A program made the position numbers and the translations under genes. The notes below the pieces were generated by a model that saw only the letters and a program-made list of their open reading frames with translations, had not been told where the DNA came from and made no database searches. A stretch of DNA of 64,000 bases from Caecitellus pseudoparvulus (taxonomy: Eukaryota; Protista; Bigyra: Bicosoecida): the NCBI GenBank assembly GCA_965644315.1, contig CBFFRQ010000077.1:62001-126000 (forward strand). The letters run 5' to 3'. Below are positions 11,201 to 20,113 of this stretch, one piece after another; within the stretch, counting starts at the first letter, position 1, and each line of letters starts with the position of its first letter.

Positions 11201-11312
11201 CAATCTCCGCATTGGCGGCTGCAGACATGCCTTGCATGCCGGCCAAGTCGCCGTCATCGCTGTCCGCCTCTGCTTCCGCCAAAATGGCCTCCAACGAAAA
11301 CTCGTCGTCCAT
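2226..11312 (-). CDS. VPS8: Vacuolar protein sorting 8 (CORVET subunit)
   Basis: 3028-aa ORF. N-terminal beta-propeller (GRATCVATSRRFIGLGTTRSVVLVYD); Vps8 central domain (FLETLEPYILNDRVSTLDPTIMQALVGHY...VERCLLHL...DYVTPL); clathrin-repeat-like ELHLRYVELLCEFAPGEVLPYLQ; C-terminal FRDTIQGMLGAYGYEQSILRTA. Predicted introns 11083-11157 and 10995-11063. Confidence 0.9.
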   Translation of the reverse strand: MDDEFSLEAILAEAEADSDDGDLAGMQGMSAAANAEIEALLAEESDEDAGTGCVRCCKPVSGGSHTPFCCACPTLRRMPGSRQVCGALHLCCHPAHACHPHCSTPQGTGLAQPAPVHPSQVLRDEEAELEAALGGVSDGDSDAGSGADSAGDGGSHAPPLTTADGDLTVEGILAELGEGGSSLDSDSSSDSRSDSPDLGDGGGDDMQDVLASLPPAWQSELDSPGAPESDAQAGGAGVPASLPPPHNDACVMLAPMGMLVTALADAGGGLVAAAAEFTTTITAGGNTSMASPLSLHRQEDPHSVRTGVQGRGGALSAASHGLTLGPGGIPLVGGGAGTQYREGGRSLLRKGAAAAVRDVVAEGVRRELTGFGMDEGAGDATAALAGGAATGVIRMDVLPAISSELLKGNTSTALGFGRATCVATSRRFIGLGTTRSVVLVYDHYQQQRAVLSRAGTGAASGRRTATDGHVTALHMVTTAYAGFLGRDKRLDLLAAGFASGRVTVFDVTRGTTVVDIEPPASSEEGAGGGRIIAGPSAPVTAVRFVSGWERSDAPGVVAPGALLASAGTDDAPPPALVVTDARGSVHLHTVSFSSFWRKWSVESVCLMDGARSGPTLALSVLLPSHAPSTAAAAVDSRTRGASRVRLQASSAQGGSGAADATAAALPVTDLVALANTGTLLAITRSNATHIVSLAPPIMSCFVWGKPPDAPDGVLPVTAWGRARVRGFRVQCVALPAFAADADAPPQPGGRGRRTVSAYSTASEGSGVSGLEGPATVPSIVGVATTFALPVLARAWGRHLQLLQVQPRGGFHPDFTTPYYATAPDPARPPLQGPEQLRALEPVLGRGHVWLVPTDDVLCSAPIVSLAWLGESHLAILTCDLRLMVLDTITLRELDVTSTEHVSLVTAAREAMLGVERGQATWGAAAPGKDSTTEVRIGATDSLYPSAFPDGDGRLFLLGENSLHAVRLQTWRQRVSVLADDNQWMPALALAQDHFVAQFKDAMLQLMLAERRARAQSPDGRLRDAERAYLAGLRANPVPHTVMDEVKGVLVRYVSSVVEHAPDAALQPGQLPNPKLPEVYSSIAPEFLSHWRMQAAVCIDYCVGVGCLDLLFTHIFDRFKAAGRAPTGLFLETLEPYILNDRVSTLDPTIMQALVGHYASIGNLSAVERCLLHLSLATLDTNFAIKLCLAHRLFCALIAVFSRGLVDYVTPLDILLCACVPYHPHVAPGTHIPEVPLALLSDASATKQVSAGTAQHALSAGTSRTDTPSHRQAHSVASILAEMDSEAAAAAATAQIGSRPRGRRRLATTAGKLLSKEERPTVYTAADAVAAQLLLYLYHTAEGCEFPWGRAQEAGLAETARSQVVAALWTRDPDRFPAVSSGMLPAKPMLVGEEAVVGREGGSTGREAPPPDPSLQAVQALPGPYPRLQGLALANMHGFGEFLDALAKPLLVRVREGLVASLNALLQGAPVARTSVCTHDAAVASVADAVAGSFGFPQAWAAQSVDSITQAWLLEERSFVYRYVPDKVAPGVAAQLRALFGGRQLPCATDPACQALDEGDEEAAARRDAMPTLAQRVAGADPLPHGEFMGALHASIGTYLPPLCVPSVLGDAGVQRELSSLVAPPPSSLPKGSGGAASAPRKGGLKKGSRWGKVGSMLGKVAAQQWALWEQASEEGGASASGGLGSDAWGAEDVGAPLYLFLARLLSALPRPYPFPTPRLVEVARADAARLHAAQATGASLADVVDRARASTQVSHAPATHQDVCVAGVEAYGADAGGGSTVAHAVFAPPEGLLRRVCTWLALRAAVWRVRHAEDPTFAPTTGREERTVVLNVWQSLLLRVLVRCPPRSEGLYRHLVAVVSHPAIALPRVEALLHRLEGVSGAAVAAFLRDPDRAMQAHALLYIRDEALCAQAEAQATTARAEALEAASMSFAPVRRRRVLQRGEVGALLGMAGAGGSGATSWRRRTRSDSGDSSDTDHSEDSDPAHAARQRGFHDDDAEVTPSSTGAARLAFIRSIVLGKLSDLVKVDADGTARVVVERFPGSVQKVLTSLQQAADGRLYEFRYRRQLMGHLAKRQRAEDDRAADDLWMPPSGASGQHGGAHGSATPLTGAGVRTAAVGGADASEGPLCFAYVPALGGDAAPLPPLGFDCALTAQIWLGARSLQPADPAGIPGPLRRYVAASGMPLHIVRALPLTLGWTPSGLEVVSRDQHLVGMAIDVARGRVLPPGTAPPAAAAAAAAAKPAAPDTHPAKHTGLQLGRAVQQVVSGLFGGADRVPPSPAQVLDAAPPPSASLRPGTMVMLSTPPVWGGVYGQDSMDSLMAHSSISITPELHLRYVELLCEFAPGEVLPYLQQHEDVPLEVTLGVLSRTPRHEATAFILERKAAPLSALAVLVQALAGALDALRAPLSQAACRIAVGLISSEGGEGGDGQSSTSPTATATRRDTRASLAGRRAPSRSAAHGPSMAGRMRGVSASLRPTLQQRDFAGTAAAALAHAAEGDAQQGAPLEPRQASQLAELSSESWLQAVVLEAQVPELQTSLADFHAQLQFALDLCQRNTDEGVLLAGGESIRQRLRLVAQQSPSLLAPPSTSPHTSHHHARGHSSHLPHIDDSQDLVHGACLWLALLDSLVALQQDTAAAAAEAARFRGYDDVSESDSRAIERASSAASDLTALRASEELLRQSTMSVLDAMRRVLPLDMLLEKVLRQYGAREYGAFRDTIQGMLGAYGYEQSILRTAKDLIAHNVFERIKELHTSSGRGVASGPPGTYAGGLAQMLRAGLTPPRAAEAGPGDFTIVLGTGVSALHRDENGVVTAVTAAQVEGGGLSAELRARRTAGGSGRAGSVGADTTAVEVVGAPSAPQLRGAGHAFAGVHSAAPWETCRDSVVLTLARGGGGRPGHALASTAHSAAFAAGSAATGASPPHGRSRSGTAQSLPTRDINAGGAADRAVLDNLRARQARAKPLSDIFSNLARRGAGNVGTAAALHVQAPDGMVMQLGAARTRQRGEVGRMSTQGFKRGTMTVSVGDDL

Positions 11313-11778
11313 AGCTGAGGGATGAGTGCCTTTGCTTCAGCTCACACCTCCCCACTATGTGGGCTGGGCCAGTTCTCTGCCGCTGCACGGGCACACGTTT
11401 AGGTGCAGGCAGGCGGTGCTCAGTCCAGTTTCCGCTGCCCAGTGCGGCAAGCTTGAAGGCTCTGGTGGCCTGGAAGGCTGCACCGGCTGCACAGTAGGCA
11501 CAGTGGTGACCGTAGCAGACTTTTTGAGGATTCCTTTGTGCACTACCTGGCATGAATTGGCGGCGGCATAGGTTGTGCTTGCCGGTGCAGCCAGTGCTTG
11601 ACACAACAGCGATGGCGCTGCCGCCCACAGCCTGGGCCCCACACCTGGCAGACTTTTTGAAACCCACACACAATAGGACTGGAGGAGCTCCGCTGCCCTG
11701 TCTGGGCAGTTCGCAGCCCCTGGCTCATGCTCTGCTTCGGGTGATAGCCGAGTGTCGTGCTGTCCCGGCCGCCCCACT

Positions 11779-12167
11779 TCATGTGCTGGGGTTCCATGCC
11801 GCATCCAGGCTCCGGACCAAGGCGATGTACTCGCGCATGGCATCTGTGCGGGTGATGGTGCCCAGACCTGCCCAAGCAGACCTGTGGCAGGTCAAGCATG
11901 CAGCGTTACGAAGAGCAGGAAAGGCGCTGCGTAGCTTGCACATGCGCCGTACCACTTGGCATGCTTCACGAAATCAAAGGAAGACGGCTCCTTCTCCTTG
12001 CACGTGCCGCTGGCGCTGGCTTTGAACAGGGCGTAGAACTTCAGCTTTGTGTCTTGCGAGTCGGCCGACCCTGCCAGTGCCCCAGACTGCACATGCTCCA
12101 CTGCGCTCTGAAATGCGGCACGGAGGGAGGCAGCCGCCAGCATGCGAGATGCAGAAGCTTCAGCCAT
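11779..12167 (-). CDS. ACBP: Acyl-CoA-binding protein
   Basis: AFQSAVEHVQ...DTKLKFYALFKASASGTCKEKEPSSFDFVKHAKW, then intron 11882-11952 (GTACGG...CACAG), then SAWAGLGTITRTDAMREYIALVRSLDAAWNPST*. This matches the ACBP YxLFK and KWxAW motifs. Confidence 0.9.
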
Positions 12168-12535
12168 GATGCTTGTGTGAGCGCTGTGTGCCTGGGCGTG
12201 GTGCTTCCGGCTTGGGTGCCAAGTGTGCCGGCGGAAATTGCAGCAACACGCCGAGGGTCGAGGCAAAGGCACCTTGGCAGGCGTTCAGGAGGCTATGCCA
12301 GGACGCATAAGCAGTGTAAGGTTCTGCCACAAAACATAATTTGCCACAGCCCCCACATGGCATCTCTGCTGCACTGATTCCCTCTTTCAGCAGAAGGGGG
12401 CTCAAGGCACTCCACTCCGGTGCCTCGTGCCAGCGCCTCGCTCTCGGCCACCGTGACAGCTGCCGGGGAGGACAGGGAACGGCAGCGCGGGATCTCCTGC
12501 ACCGCTAGCACCCCAAACCAGTCTAAGAACCGGCC

Positions 12536-15454
12536 ATGCGCCCACTCCTTGCCGCTGCCAGCCTGCTGCTGGCCAGCTGTGCGGCTGCAAAGGCCACGTG
12601 GTATGGTCGCAGCGACACGAAGGCAGCCGCCATTCCACCCCCCGCCACGACTGGGGAGGGGCTGAACCCGAACCTGCACGCCACTGTGCGGACAGGGAGT
12701 CCCTATGCAGGTCGCCTGGCCGCCCAGGCGTGTGGCATTGACTTCCACAATGAGGTGAACTGGTACACGTTCGAGGACGGCGCGTGGGATGCGAGCCAGG
12801 CGCTGCTGCGGGTGGTGCGCCGGTCGGCGTTTGCGACCGAGACGGCGGCCGGCTTGATCGGCTACGAGCAGGAGGGGCTGCCTGCTGATTTGAGGTCAGC
12901 GGAAGACGCCAACGACCGCGTAGTGTTCTCGTTCGACCCTGCCACCGGCGGCATGCTGCCGACCGACCTGCCGCTGCGACCCTGCCTCGCCGCCCTGCTG
13001 CAAGCTGGTGCCGACCTGCAGCACCGCAATCGCCTGGAGGGAGAGTCAGCCCTGGACCTGGCTGTGCGCGCGGATGACGCGTGGATGGTGGGGTGCCTGT
13101 TGAACATGGGGGCTGACCCTCAGAAGCGGGATGCGCGGGGGCTCACGGCACTGCACTACGCAGCGCACGGGAACCACATCCACGCCCTGCAAGCCCTGGT
13201 CCACCACCCCAACACCGCCATTGACGCTGGCATTCGTCCCCAGCGCGTGAACGCCCTCATGATCGCCGCCCAGGCGGGGCATGCCGAGGCGGTGGCGGCG
13301 CTGCTGGTCGCAGGTGCCGACCCCAACGCAGTGGACAAGGGCGGCGTCACGGCCCTTGGCAAGGCGGCTGTGCTGGGCCACGTGGACATCGTGCGCCGCC
13401 TGGCTGAGGCGGGGGCAGACCCCTTTGCCCTGGACAAGAACGGCGCCTCTCCCCTCGTCGCGTGTGTGAAGCAGAACGCGACGGAGGGGATCCGGGTGCT
13501 CCTGGACCTGGGCGCCGATGTCCACGCACCCATCCTGGCCGATGGCGCCACCATCCTCATGTACGCGGTGTCCCTGCCGGCCTCACGACCTGTCATCGCG
13601 ACGCTGCTGGCCGCTGGCGCTGACCCCAACGCCGTCACCCGCAGTGGCGCCACGCCCATGTCCGTCGCAGTGCGGACCTGCAGCAGCAGCATTGTGATGG
13701 ACATTCACAAGGCTGGCGGGAACGTAGAGACCAAGGTGGGTGGCAAGACCCTCCTGGTGCTGGCCTGTGAGAGCGGCCGAGCTGGTGGCGTGGCGTCCCT
13801 CCTGGCCCTGGGCGCCGACCCGAACCAGGTCGCAGACGCCAAGTGGCTCACGCGACCCCTGCACGTGGCGGCCATGGCGGGGCACCTGCCCACTGTGAAG
13901 GTGCTGCTCAAGGCTGGTGCGCGCCTGCACGACGCAGACCACGCCAAGCACACGGCCCTGCACTGGGCGGCGTACTCCGGCCACGCCGACGTTGCGGGGT
14001 ACTTGCTGCGACGTGGGCTGGACGCCAACGCCGTCAACAGCGACCAGCTCACCGCCCTCATGCTGGCCGCCCAGCAAGGCCACGCTGACGTCATCACGGC
14101 CCTGGCAGAGGCTGGCGCTAACTTGGACGTGCGCGAAGCTCGTCGCCAGCGACCACCTCTTCTCATGGCTGCTGGTCGCGGCAAGCTGGATGCCGTGCGA
14201 GCGCTGCTGGATGCTGGCGCCGACATCAACGCCACAGACAGCCGCCTGTGGACGGCGCTGTCACTGGCTGCCGTCAAGAATGACCGCAACATGACCCTGC
14301 TGCTGCTGCAGCGGGGCGCGTCGGTGAAGGCGTATTACCCGCTGGACACCGGCCTGCTGCCTGAGGACATGCAACTGTCAGATGCCGCCGTGCCAGGGCT
14401 GCCGCCGGGGGCGGGGGTGGTGCCTGAGGACGCCGTGGACTCGCACCTGTGTCTGTCCCTCACACTGCGCGCGGCACATTGGGACAAGTCGCCCGAAGGC
14501 CGCGCAGCACACGAGCGTGCCGTGGCTGAGGCGCATGAGCGGCACATGGAGCCTGAAGAGGCAGCTGTCTCTCGCAAGGCACGGGAAGCCAAGGATCGCC
14601 GCCGCTCTGCCAAGCGCAAGAGCAAGAAGGGGAAGAAGGGCAAGAAGGGGAAACGGAGCAAGAAGGGCAAGAAAGAGAGCAAGCGGCGCCTGAAGCACCC
14701 CGGCGAACACTCGCCTGAGCTGGAGTACCCGCCCACGCCCTGGGATGTCGCCGTGCCCGTGTGCCTGGCGGCATTTGGCGCACCCCGGGAAACGCTGCCC
14801 GAGGTGGCTGACACGCTGTGTGGCTTCAAGGGGGACTTGCGCCGCCCTGCGTCACCCAGCTGCGGCGTGAATTCCATTCGCATCCCCGCTGCGAGCGTGC
14901 TGGTGAACCCTGGCGGCGTGTGGCCGAAAGTGGCGGACGAAATCGCCACACAGCTGGTGTTCTTCACACGGCGGTATTTCGCCGACCACCAGCACCACCG
15001 GCCGCCAGTGGTGCAGGGCGTAGAGTCCATCCTGGACACGCAGGAAATCCTCAACGCACGAGGCATCAGCCTGGACCACCTCGTGGACAAGTCCTTGGAA
15101 GAGGTGAACGAGATTCTCAACGGGCCAGCTGCTGCGTCAGTCACTACTGGCTTCCAGGCTGAGGCAGAGACACATGGGGACGACACACGCCATGCCAAGG
15201 CTGACTCTAGTGCAGACTCCGAGCAGCGTACGGGCGTAAAGCACAGCGCTGGAGACCAAGCACAGGCACCTGGCGAGGGCGATGCGTTTGCTGCAGCCGC
15301 TGCGACGCTGGGGTCCTTCACCAGTGCGAGTGAAGATCGCGCGCCTGTCTCCGGCTCCTCCCATCGCGCTGGACACCCCGGTGCTAGGGCTGGCAACACA
15401 GACACCTCCGGTCAGGATGAAATGGAGCAGGAGTTTGAGGAGCTGCTGGGGTAG
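12536..15454 (+). CDS. Ankyrin-repeat protein with predicted signal peptide and Lys-rich tract
   Basis: 972-aa ORF. About 12-13 ankyrin repeats (GLTALHYAA, GVTALGKAA, KHTALHWAA, QLTALMLAA; LLxxGADPN). Hydrophobic N-terminus MRPLLAAASLLLASCAAA; tract KRKSKKGKKGKKGKRSKKGKK. Confidence 0.85.
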   Translation: MRPLLAAASLLLASCAAAKATWYGRSDTKAAAIPPPATTGEGLNPNLHATVRTGSPYAGRLAAQACGIDFHNEVNWYTFEDGAWDASQALLRVVRRSAFATETAAGLIGYEQEGLPADLRSAEDANDRVVFSFDPATGGMLPTDLPLRPCLAALLQAGADLQHRNRLEGESALDLAVRADDAWMVGCLLNMGADPQKRDARGLTALHYAAHGNHIHALQALVHHPNTAIDAGIRPQRVNALMIAAQAGHAEAVAALLVAGADPNAVDKGGVTALGKAAVLGHVDIVRRLAEAGADPFALDKNGASPLVACVKQNATEGIRVLLDLGADVHAPILADGATILMYAVSLPASRPVIATLLAAGADPNAVTRSGATPMSVAVRTCSSSIVMDIHKAGGNVETKVGGKTLLVLACESGRAGGVASLLALGADPNQVADAKWLTRPLHVAAMAGHLPTVKVLLKAGARLHDADHAKHTALHWAAYSGHADVAGYLLRRGLDANAVNSDQLTALMLAAQQGHADVITALAEAGANLDVREARRQRPPLLMAAGRGKLDAVRALLDAGADINATDSRLWTALSLAAVKNDRNMTLLLLQRGASVKAYYPLDTGLLPEDMQLSDAAVPGLPPGAGVVPEDAVDSHLCLSLTLRAAHWDKSPEGRAAHERAVAEAHERHMEPEEAAVSRKAREAKDRRRSAKRKSKKGKKGKKGKRSKKGKKESKRRLKHPGEHSPELEYPPTPWDVAVPVCLAAFGAPRETLPEVADTLCGFKGDLRRPASPSCGVNSIRIPAASVLVNPGGVWPKVADEIATQLVFFTRRYFADHQHHRPPVVQGVESILDTQEILNARGISLDHLVDKSLEEVNEILNGPAAASVTTGFQAEAETHGDDTRHAKADSSADSEQRTGVKHSAGDQAQAPGEGDAFAAAAATLGSFTSASEDRAPVSGSSHRAGHPGARAGNTDTSGQDEMEQEFEELLG

Positions 15455-15630
15455 TAGCCGTGTGGCCGTTGGCTGCTTAGTGTGCCAGATTCCAGCCCTG
15501 TGCCAGACTTGGTGTGGCTTTGGGGGTCTCCTTCCTCGCTGTGTGTCGGTGTGGTGCTTGGGTCAGTGCCGGTGCGTTTCAGCGCAGTTTCTGCGCCCGG
15601 CCCTGCTGCGTTTCCAATGCAACCCCCGCC

Positions 15631-16894
15631 TCAGGCGCCCGGCGGCAGCAACTGCATGCTCTCGTACTTCTCCTCATCATAGAACTCCGCAGCCAGCTCA
15701 CGCCCACCCACGCTACGTCCAGCCAGCGCCGCCAGCGCCGCACTGGCCTGTGTTTCGCTGGAAAACTCCAGGAACACGCGCACCGCGCCGGCCTCCCCCG
15801 TGCGCGAAGCCTTGCGTTGTTCGTGGGACAGCTCCAACACGACACAATTCAGCACCTCGCCAAACTGCCCCGCCAACTGCTGCATGGCAGACTTGTGGCC
15901 TGGCGGCAGTGCGTGTGGTGCTGCGGAATTCAGCACCAGCACCACACGTGTCGCACCAGGCAGCGCTTGCCCTGGCGGCAGGGGCGTGTTCTGCGGCGCC
16001 GACGCGACGATGCGTCCCGTGTTCTTCCCTGTCTTGACGTGTTCCAGGGCGGTCGCCATGCCCGTCTCGTGCTTGCCCAGCCCGGCCCCTGCCGTGTACC
16101 CCATTTTGGCCATGATGCTGGCAGCCACTGACAGCCCGCCAGGCGCCGGAGACGCCGCCTTGGAGGGTGTGCTGCTGGAAGCCCAGGCCGGCAGCGTGGA
16201 GCCCCGACCACGCCCAGCCCCGCCACCGCCGCCCATGCCTGCCAGGGCGGCCGAGTACGCTGCTTGCCGCTCAGCCTTCATGTTCGCACGCTGGGCCTCC
16301 AACCACTGCATGTGCTGGGCCTGGGCCTCTGCTGCTGCCGCCGCTGCCTGTGCCGCCAGCACGCCATCGTACGTGTTGGGGTGGTCGGGGGCGTACTCGC
16401 CGTCAATGGACGGAGGCAGTGCCAGTGTGGAGCTTGCTGTGGGGGGGGGCTGGGTGGGTGTGGCAGGGGCCTGCATCGGTGGGGTTGGTTTGGATGCCAC
16501 GGCAGCAGCCGCTGCAGCAGCTGCAGCAGCCTTGGACGCCGCAATGGCCGCTGCCAGGTCAATGTTGTTGGATGAGCCAGTGGACGCCTTAGCAGGCGAC
16601 TGTGAGACTGTGACGTCAGTGTCCCCTGCACTGGGGGCCCGAGGGCGTTTCTGTCCTGCAGGTGCAGGTGTGCTCGGCTCACTCTGTGCAGGTGCGGCAT
16701 CGCAGCGTGAGGCAGGGGGCGGGGGGAGGACGTCGATGGGCCAAGTTCCGCACCTTGCCCTTGCGCCTCAATGCAGCAGGCATGAACGAGCGGGAGGAAG
16801 CCGGACGCGAGGACTGTGAAGCATTTGCATCTGGCACCGCAGTGTCCACACCCTCCACGTCCAGGCCGCTGTACAGCCCGCCAGAGCCGGACAT
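15631..16894 (-). CDS. RBM17: Splicing factor 45 (G-patch + UHM)
   Basis: N-terminus MSGSGGLYSGL; predicted intron 16684-16753; EYAPDHPNTYD (SPF45-like motif); G-patch ASIMAKMGYTAGAGLGKHETGMATAL; UHM QFGEVLNCVV...AVRVFLEF...ALAGRSVGGRELAAEFYDEEKY. Confidence 0.85.
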
Positions 16895-17153
16895 AGTCGT
16901 CAGAGCTGCCGAAAAGAAGCAGCACAACTGCCCACCTTCACCAAACAAAAACACCCCCATACATCTACCCAAGGTCCCACCAGAAGGAAGTGAGGTGATC
17001 TGGGTGTGGTGCTGCATTTTTGACCCGCTCCCGCCGGTGCACGCTGTGGGTTTCGCTGCAGTCCCGTCGCGTTTCGCCAGCGTTTCGTGCCTGCTACGCG
17101 GCCGACTTCGGTGGCCAGCAGCCGCCTCACACAGCACAGTAGTCGGTGACACG
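16895..17153. promoter_or_regulatory. Putative bidirectional promoter (RBM17/DDX27)
   Basis: About 260 bp between divergent ATGs, with relatively A/T-richer sequence. The same head-to-head layout occurs at 12168-12535, 35307-35800, 41860-42206 and 54797-54977. Confidence 0.5.
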
Positions 17154-19813
17154 ATGGATGACGACTTTGTGAGGACTGTGGGCAGTGATGACGAGGATGT
17201 CGTGCGTGTGCATGCCAGTGCAAGTTGCCCTGCCCCTGTTCACTTCTCGACTGGCGTGTTCGACTGCAGGAACTGGTGTCCAGCTCGGACTCGGAGGAGA
17301 GCGAGGCGGGCTCAGGGTCCGAGGCAGGCGGCGCACATGAAGGCCCTGCATTTGACGACCTTGGGGATGAAGAGGAGGAGGAGGAGGCTGGTGCCCAGCG
17401 TGCTGCCAGGAGGGCTGAGCGAGCGGCAGCCGCCGCCGCCGCCGCCGCTGCCACTGCCAAGGGCAGTGAGTGGAGCTTCGCAGCGTCAGGCGTGTCGGGT
17501 GTGCGGGCGCCCAGTGCCATGATGACGAGTGTGGCGTCCAAGATCGCCGCGCTGCGGGCGGCGAAACGCAGCGCGGGAGGCGGAGCTGGTGAGGAGTCAG
17601 AGGGGGATGAGGCCGCGGCAGCCCCCCCCGCACCCCCCTCCCGCAAGCGCAGTGGGGACAACATCACCGTCAAGCGCACTGCCGCTGCGGCCAAGGCCGC
17701 TGTGAGCGTGACGTTCCCTGAGCTGCGCCTGTCGCGTCCGCTGCTGAGGGCGGTGGGGGACATGGGGTACACTACCCCCACCCCCATCCAAGCACGCACC
17801 ATTCCGCTGGCACTGGCCGGCAAGGACATCGCAGGCAGCGCCGTGACGGGCTCTGGCAAGACTGCTGCCTTCCTGCTGCCGTCCCTGGAGCGCCTCATGT
17901 TCCGGGACAAGTCGTCTCCTGCGACGCGCGTGCTGGTCATGGCGCCGACCCGCGAGCTGGCGACGCAGTGCCACCAGGTCGCCACGCGACTGTGCAAGCA
18001 CACCGACATCTCCTGCTGCCTGGTGGTGGGCGGGCTCAGCGTCAAGGTGCAGGAGGCGGAGCTGCGCGCGCGACCTGACGTCGTCATCGCGACCCCAGGT
18101 CGCATGTTGGACCACCTCCGCAACTCCCAGTCCGTGCACTTGGAGGCTGTGGACATCGCCGTGCTGGACGAAGCCGACCGGCTGCTGGAGATGGGCTTTG
18201 CTGAAGAGGTGCAGCAGGTGTTGTCCTTCACGCCAGCCTCTCGCCAAACGCTGCTGTTCTCCGCCACCATGACGGAAGCGGTGCTGTCCCTGGCACGGGC
18301 GACACTGAAGAAGCCTGTCGCTGTCAGTGCCGACCCGCTGTTCGACATGGCGCGCAACCTGCGGCAGGAATTCGTCCGCATCCGCCCCTCACGGGAGGGC
18401 GACCGGGAGGCCATCCTGCTGGCGCTCATCAAGCGCAGCTTCCCGCGACGTGTCATCGTGTTCACATCGCGCAAGCGAGAAGCCCACCGCATGCTGCTGC
18501 TGCTGGCACTGGCAGGTGTCAACGCGACAGAGCTGCACGGGAACTTGAGTCAGAAGGCGCGCCTGGACGCGTTGGAGGATTTCCGCACCGGCGCAGCTGA
18601 CGTGCTGGTGGCCACAGACCTGGCGGCTCGAGGGCTGGATGTGCAGGGCACGGACACCGTGATCAATTTTCGCATGCCCAGTCAGCTGACGTCATATGTG
18701 CACCGTGTGGGGCGCACAGCCCGTGCTGGGCGGTCGGGCTGCGCCGTCACGCTGGTGAGCGAAGAGAAACGCACGATGATGAAGGAGATCATGAAACGCG
18801 CGAGCCAGAATGTCATGTCCCGCAGCGTGCCCGCGGAGGTGGTGGAGGCGTACAAGAAGAAGATCCAAGGCATGGAGGGCGACGTGGCGGCCATTCTGGA
18901 GGCAGAGCGTGAAGAGCGGCACATGCGGCTGGCAGAGGTGGAGCTGCAACGGGCCTCCAACCTCGTCACGCACGTGGATGAAATCGCCGCCCGCCCCAAA
19001 CGCACCTGGTGGACAGACGCCAAAGGCAAGGCTGAGTTGAAAGCTGCTGTGGACGCGGCACGCGCCAGCGGCACGCTGCACGGACAGGCGGCGGCGGCAG
19101 CGGGAGAGGGTGACGGCGCCGCTGACGGCGTGACCGTGGCGGACATCAAGCCCGTGTCAGCCAAGGAGCGCAAGCGGCTGCGCAACGAGGAAGTGCGTGC
19201 GGCGCAGAAGGCGGCGAAGGAGGCCGCTGCGAAGAAGACGCACCGGCTGACTCGCAAGAAACGCCGTCGGCAGGAGGCGCGTGAAGAGATCCAGCGCGCC
19301 ACCAAGGTCGCGCGCGGCGGGGGGGACGCCGTCACTGCTGCGTTGACGGGGTCGGATGACGTGGCCAAGGCTGCGAAGCTGGCGCGGTCCGTGGGGCGAG
19401 TGGACGCCAGCGTGCGGGCCGCAAAGCTGGCCAGCCGCAGTCTGTCCGCCAACATGGGCATGAGCGAGGGGCAAGCCAAGCACTTCCTGAAGAACCAGGC
19501 CCGCGCAGAGGCGCAGCGCAACAGGCGCAAGAAGCTGGAAGCTGCACAGGCCGCCACAGCCGAGGCGCAAGCACACGCCGCCATGGCCAGTGTGGAGAAG
19601 GCCCGTGGCAATGTGAAGAGTGCCCCATCTCGCTCAGCCTTGGGCGGCGGCCAGTGGGAGCGCAGGGACAAGCTGGCCACACGCAGGGGTGCAGTTTACC
19701 GTGGCCCCGAGCCAGACGACATCAAGGGCGGGCCGGGCGAGAACATGCTGCGCAAGGGCGGCAAGATCGGCCACTCCAAGTTCAAGAGCAAGGCGCGGTA
19801 CAAACGCAGGTGA
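17154..19813 (+). CDS. DDX27: DEAD-box RNA helicase DDX27/Drs1 (60S biogenesis)
   Basis: Q motif GYTTPTPIQ, AVTGSGKTAAF, PTRELA, DEAD, SAT, YVHRVGRTARAG; DDX27-type RPKRTW and C-terminal FKSKARYKRR. Intron 17202-17269. Confidence 0.93.
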
Positions 19814-20113
19814 AACGCAGCAACAATGCAGTCCACCACCGCGCACGGAGCTCCAAGGCAGGCGCTCATGCGCTCTCTTCCTGCCCTGCGAGCTGTGGCA
19901 GAAGGGGGCTGGAGACTGCGAGGGGGAGATGCTGCGTGATACGTGGCGCTCCGTGGACACCGCTTGGCAGGGCCGCAGTTCCGAGCGTGGGACACACTAG
20001 AGACCCACAAACGACACTTTGCTCTGCATCGCTTGCGTGAAACTCCATCCACGCGCTGCGTGGCCTCTACCAGCGCACCTCAGCAGCAACAAGCCAGCCT
20101 TCCGAGCAGCAAC

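Noticed and set aside
16900-18522. 540-aa minus-strand ORF
   Set aside because: Antisense shadow of DDX27.
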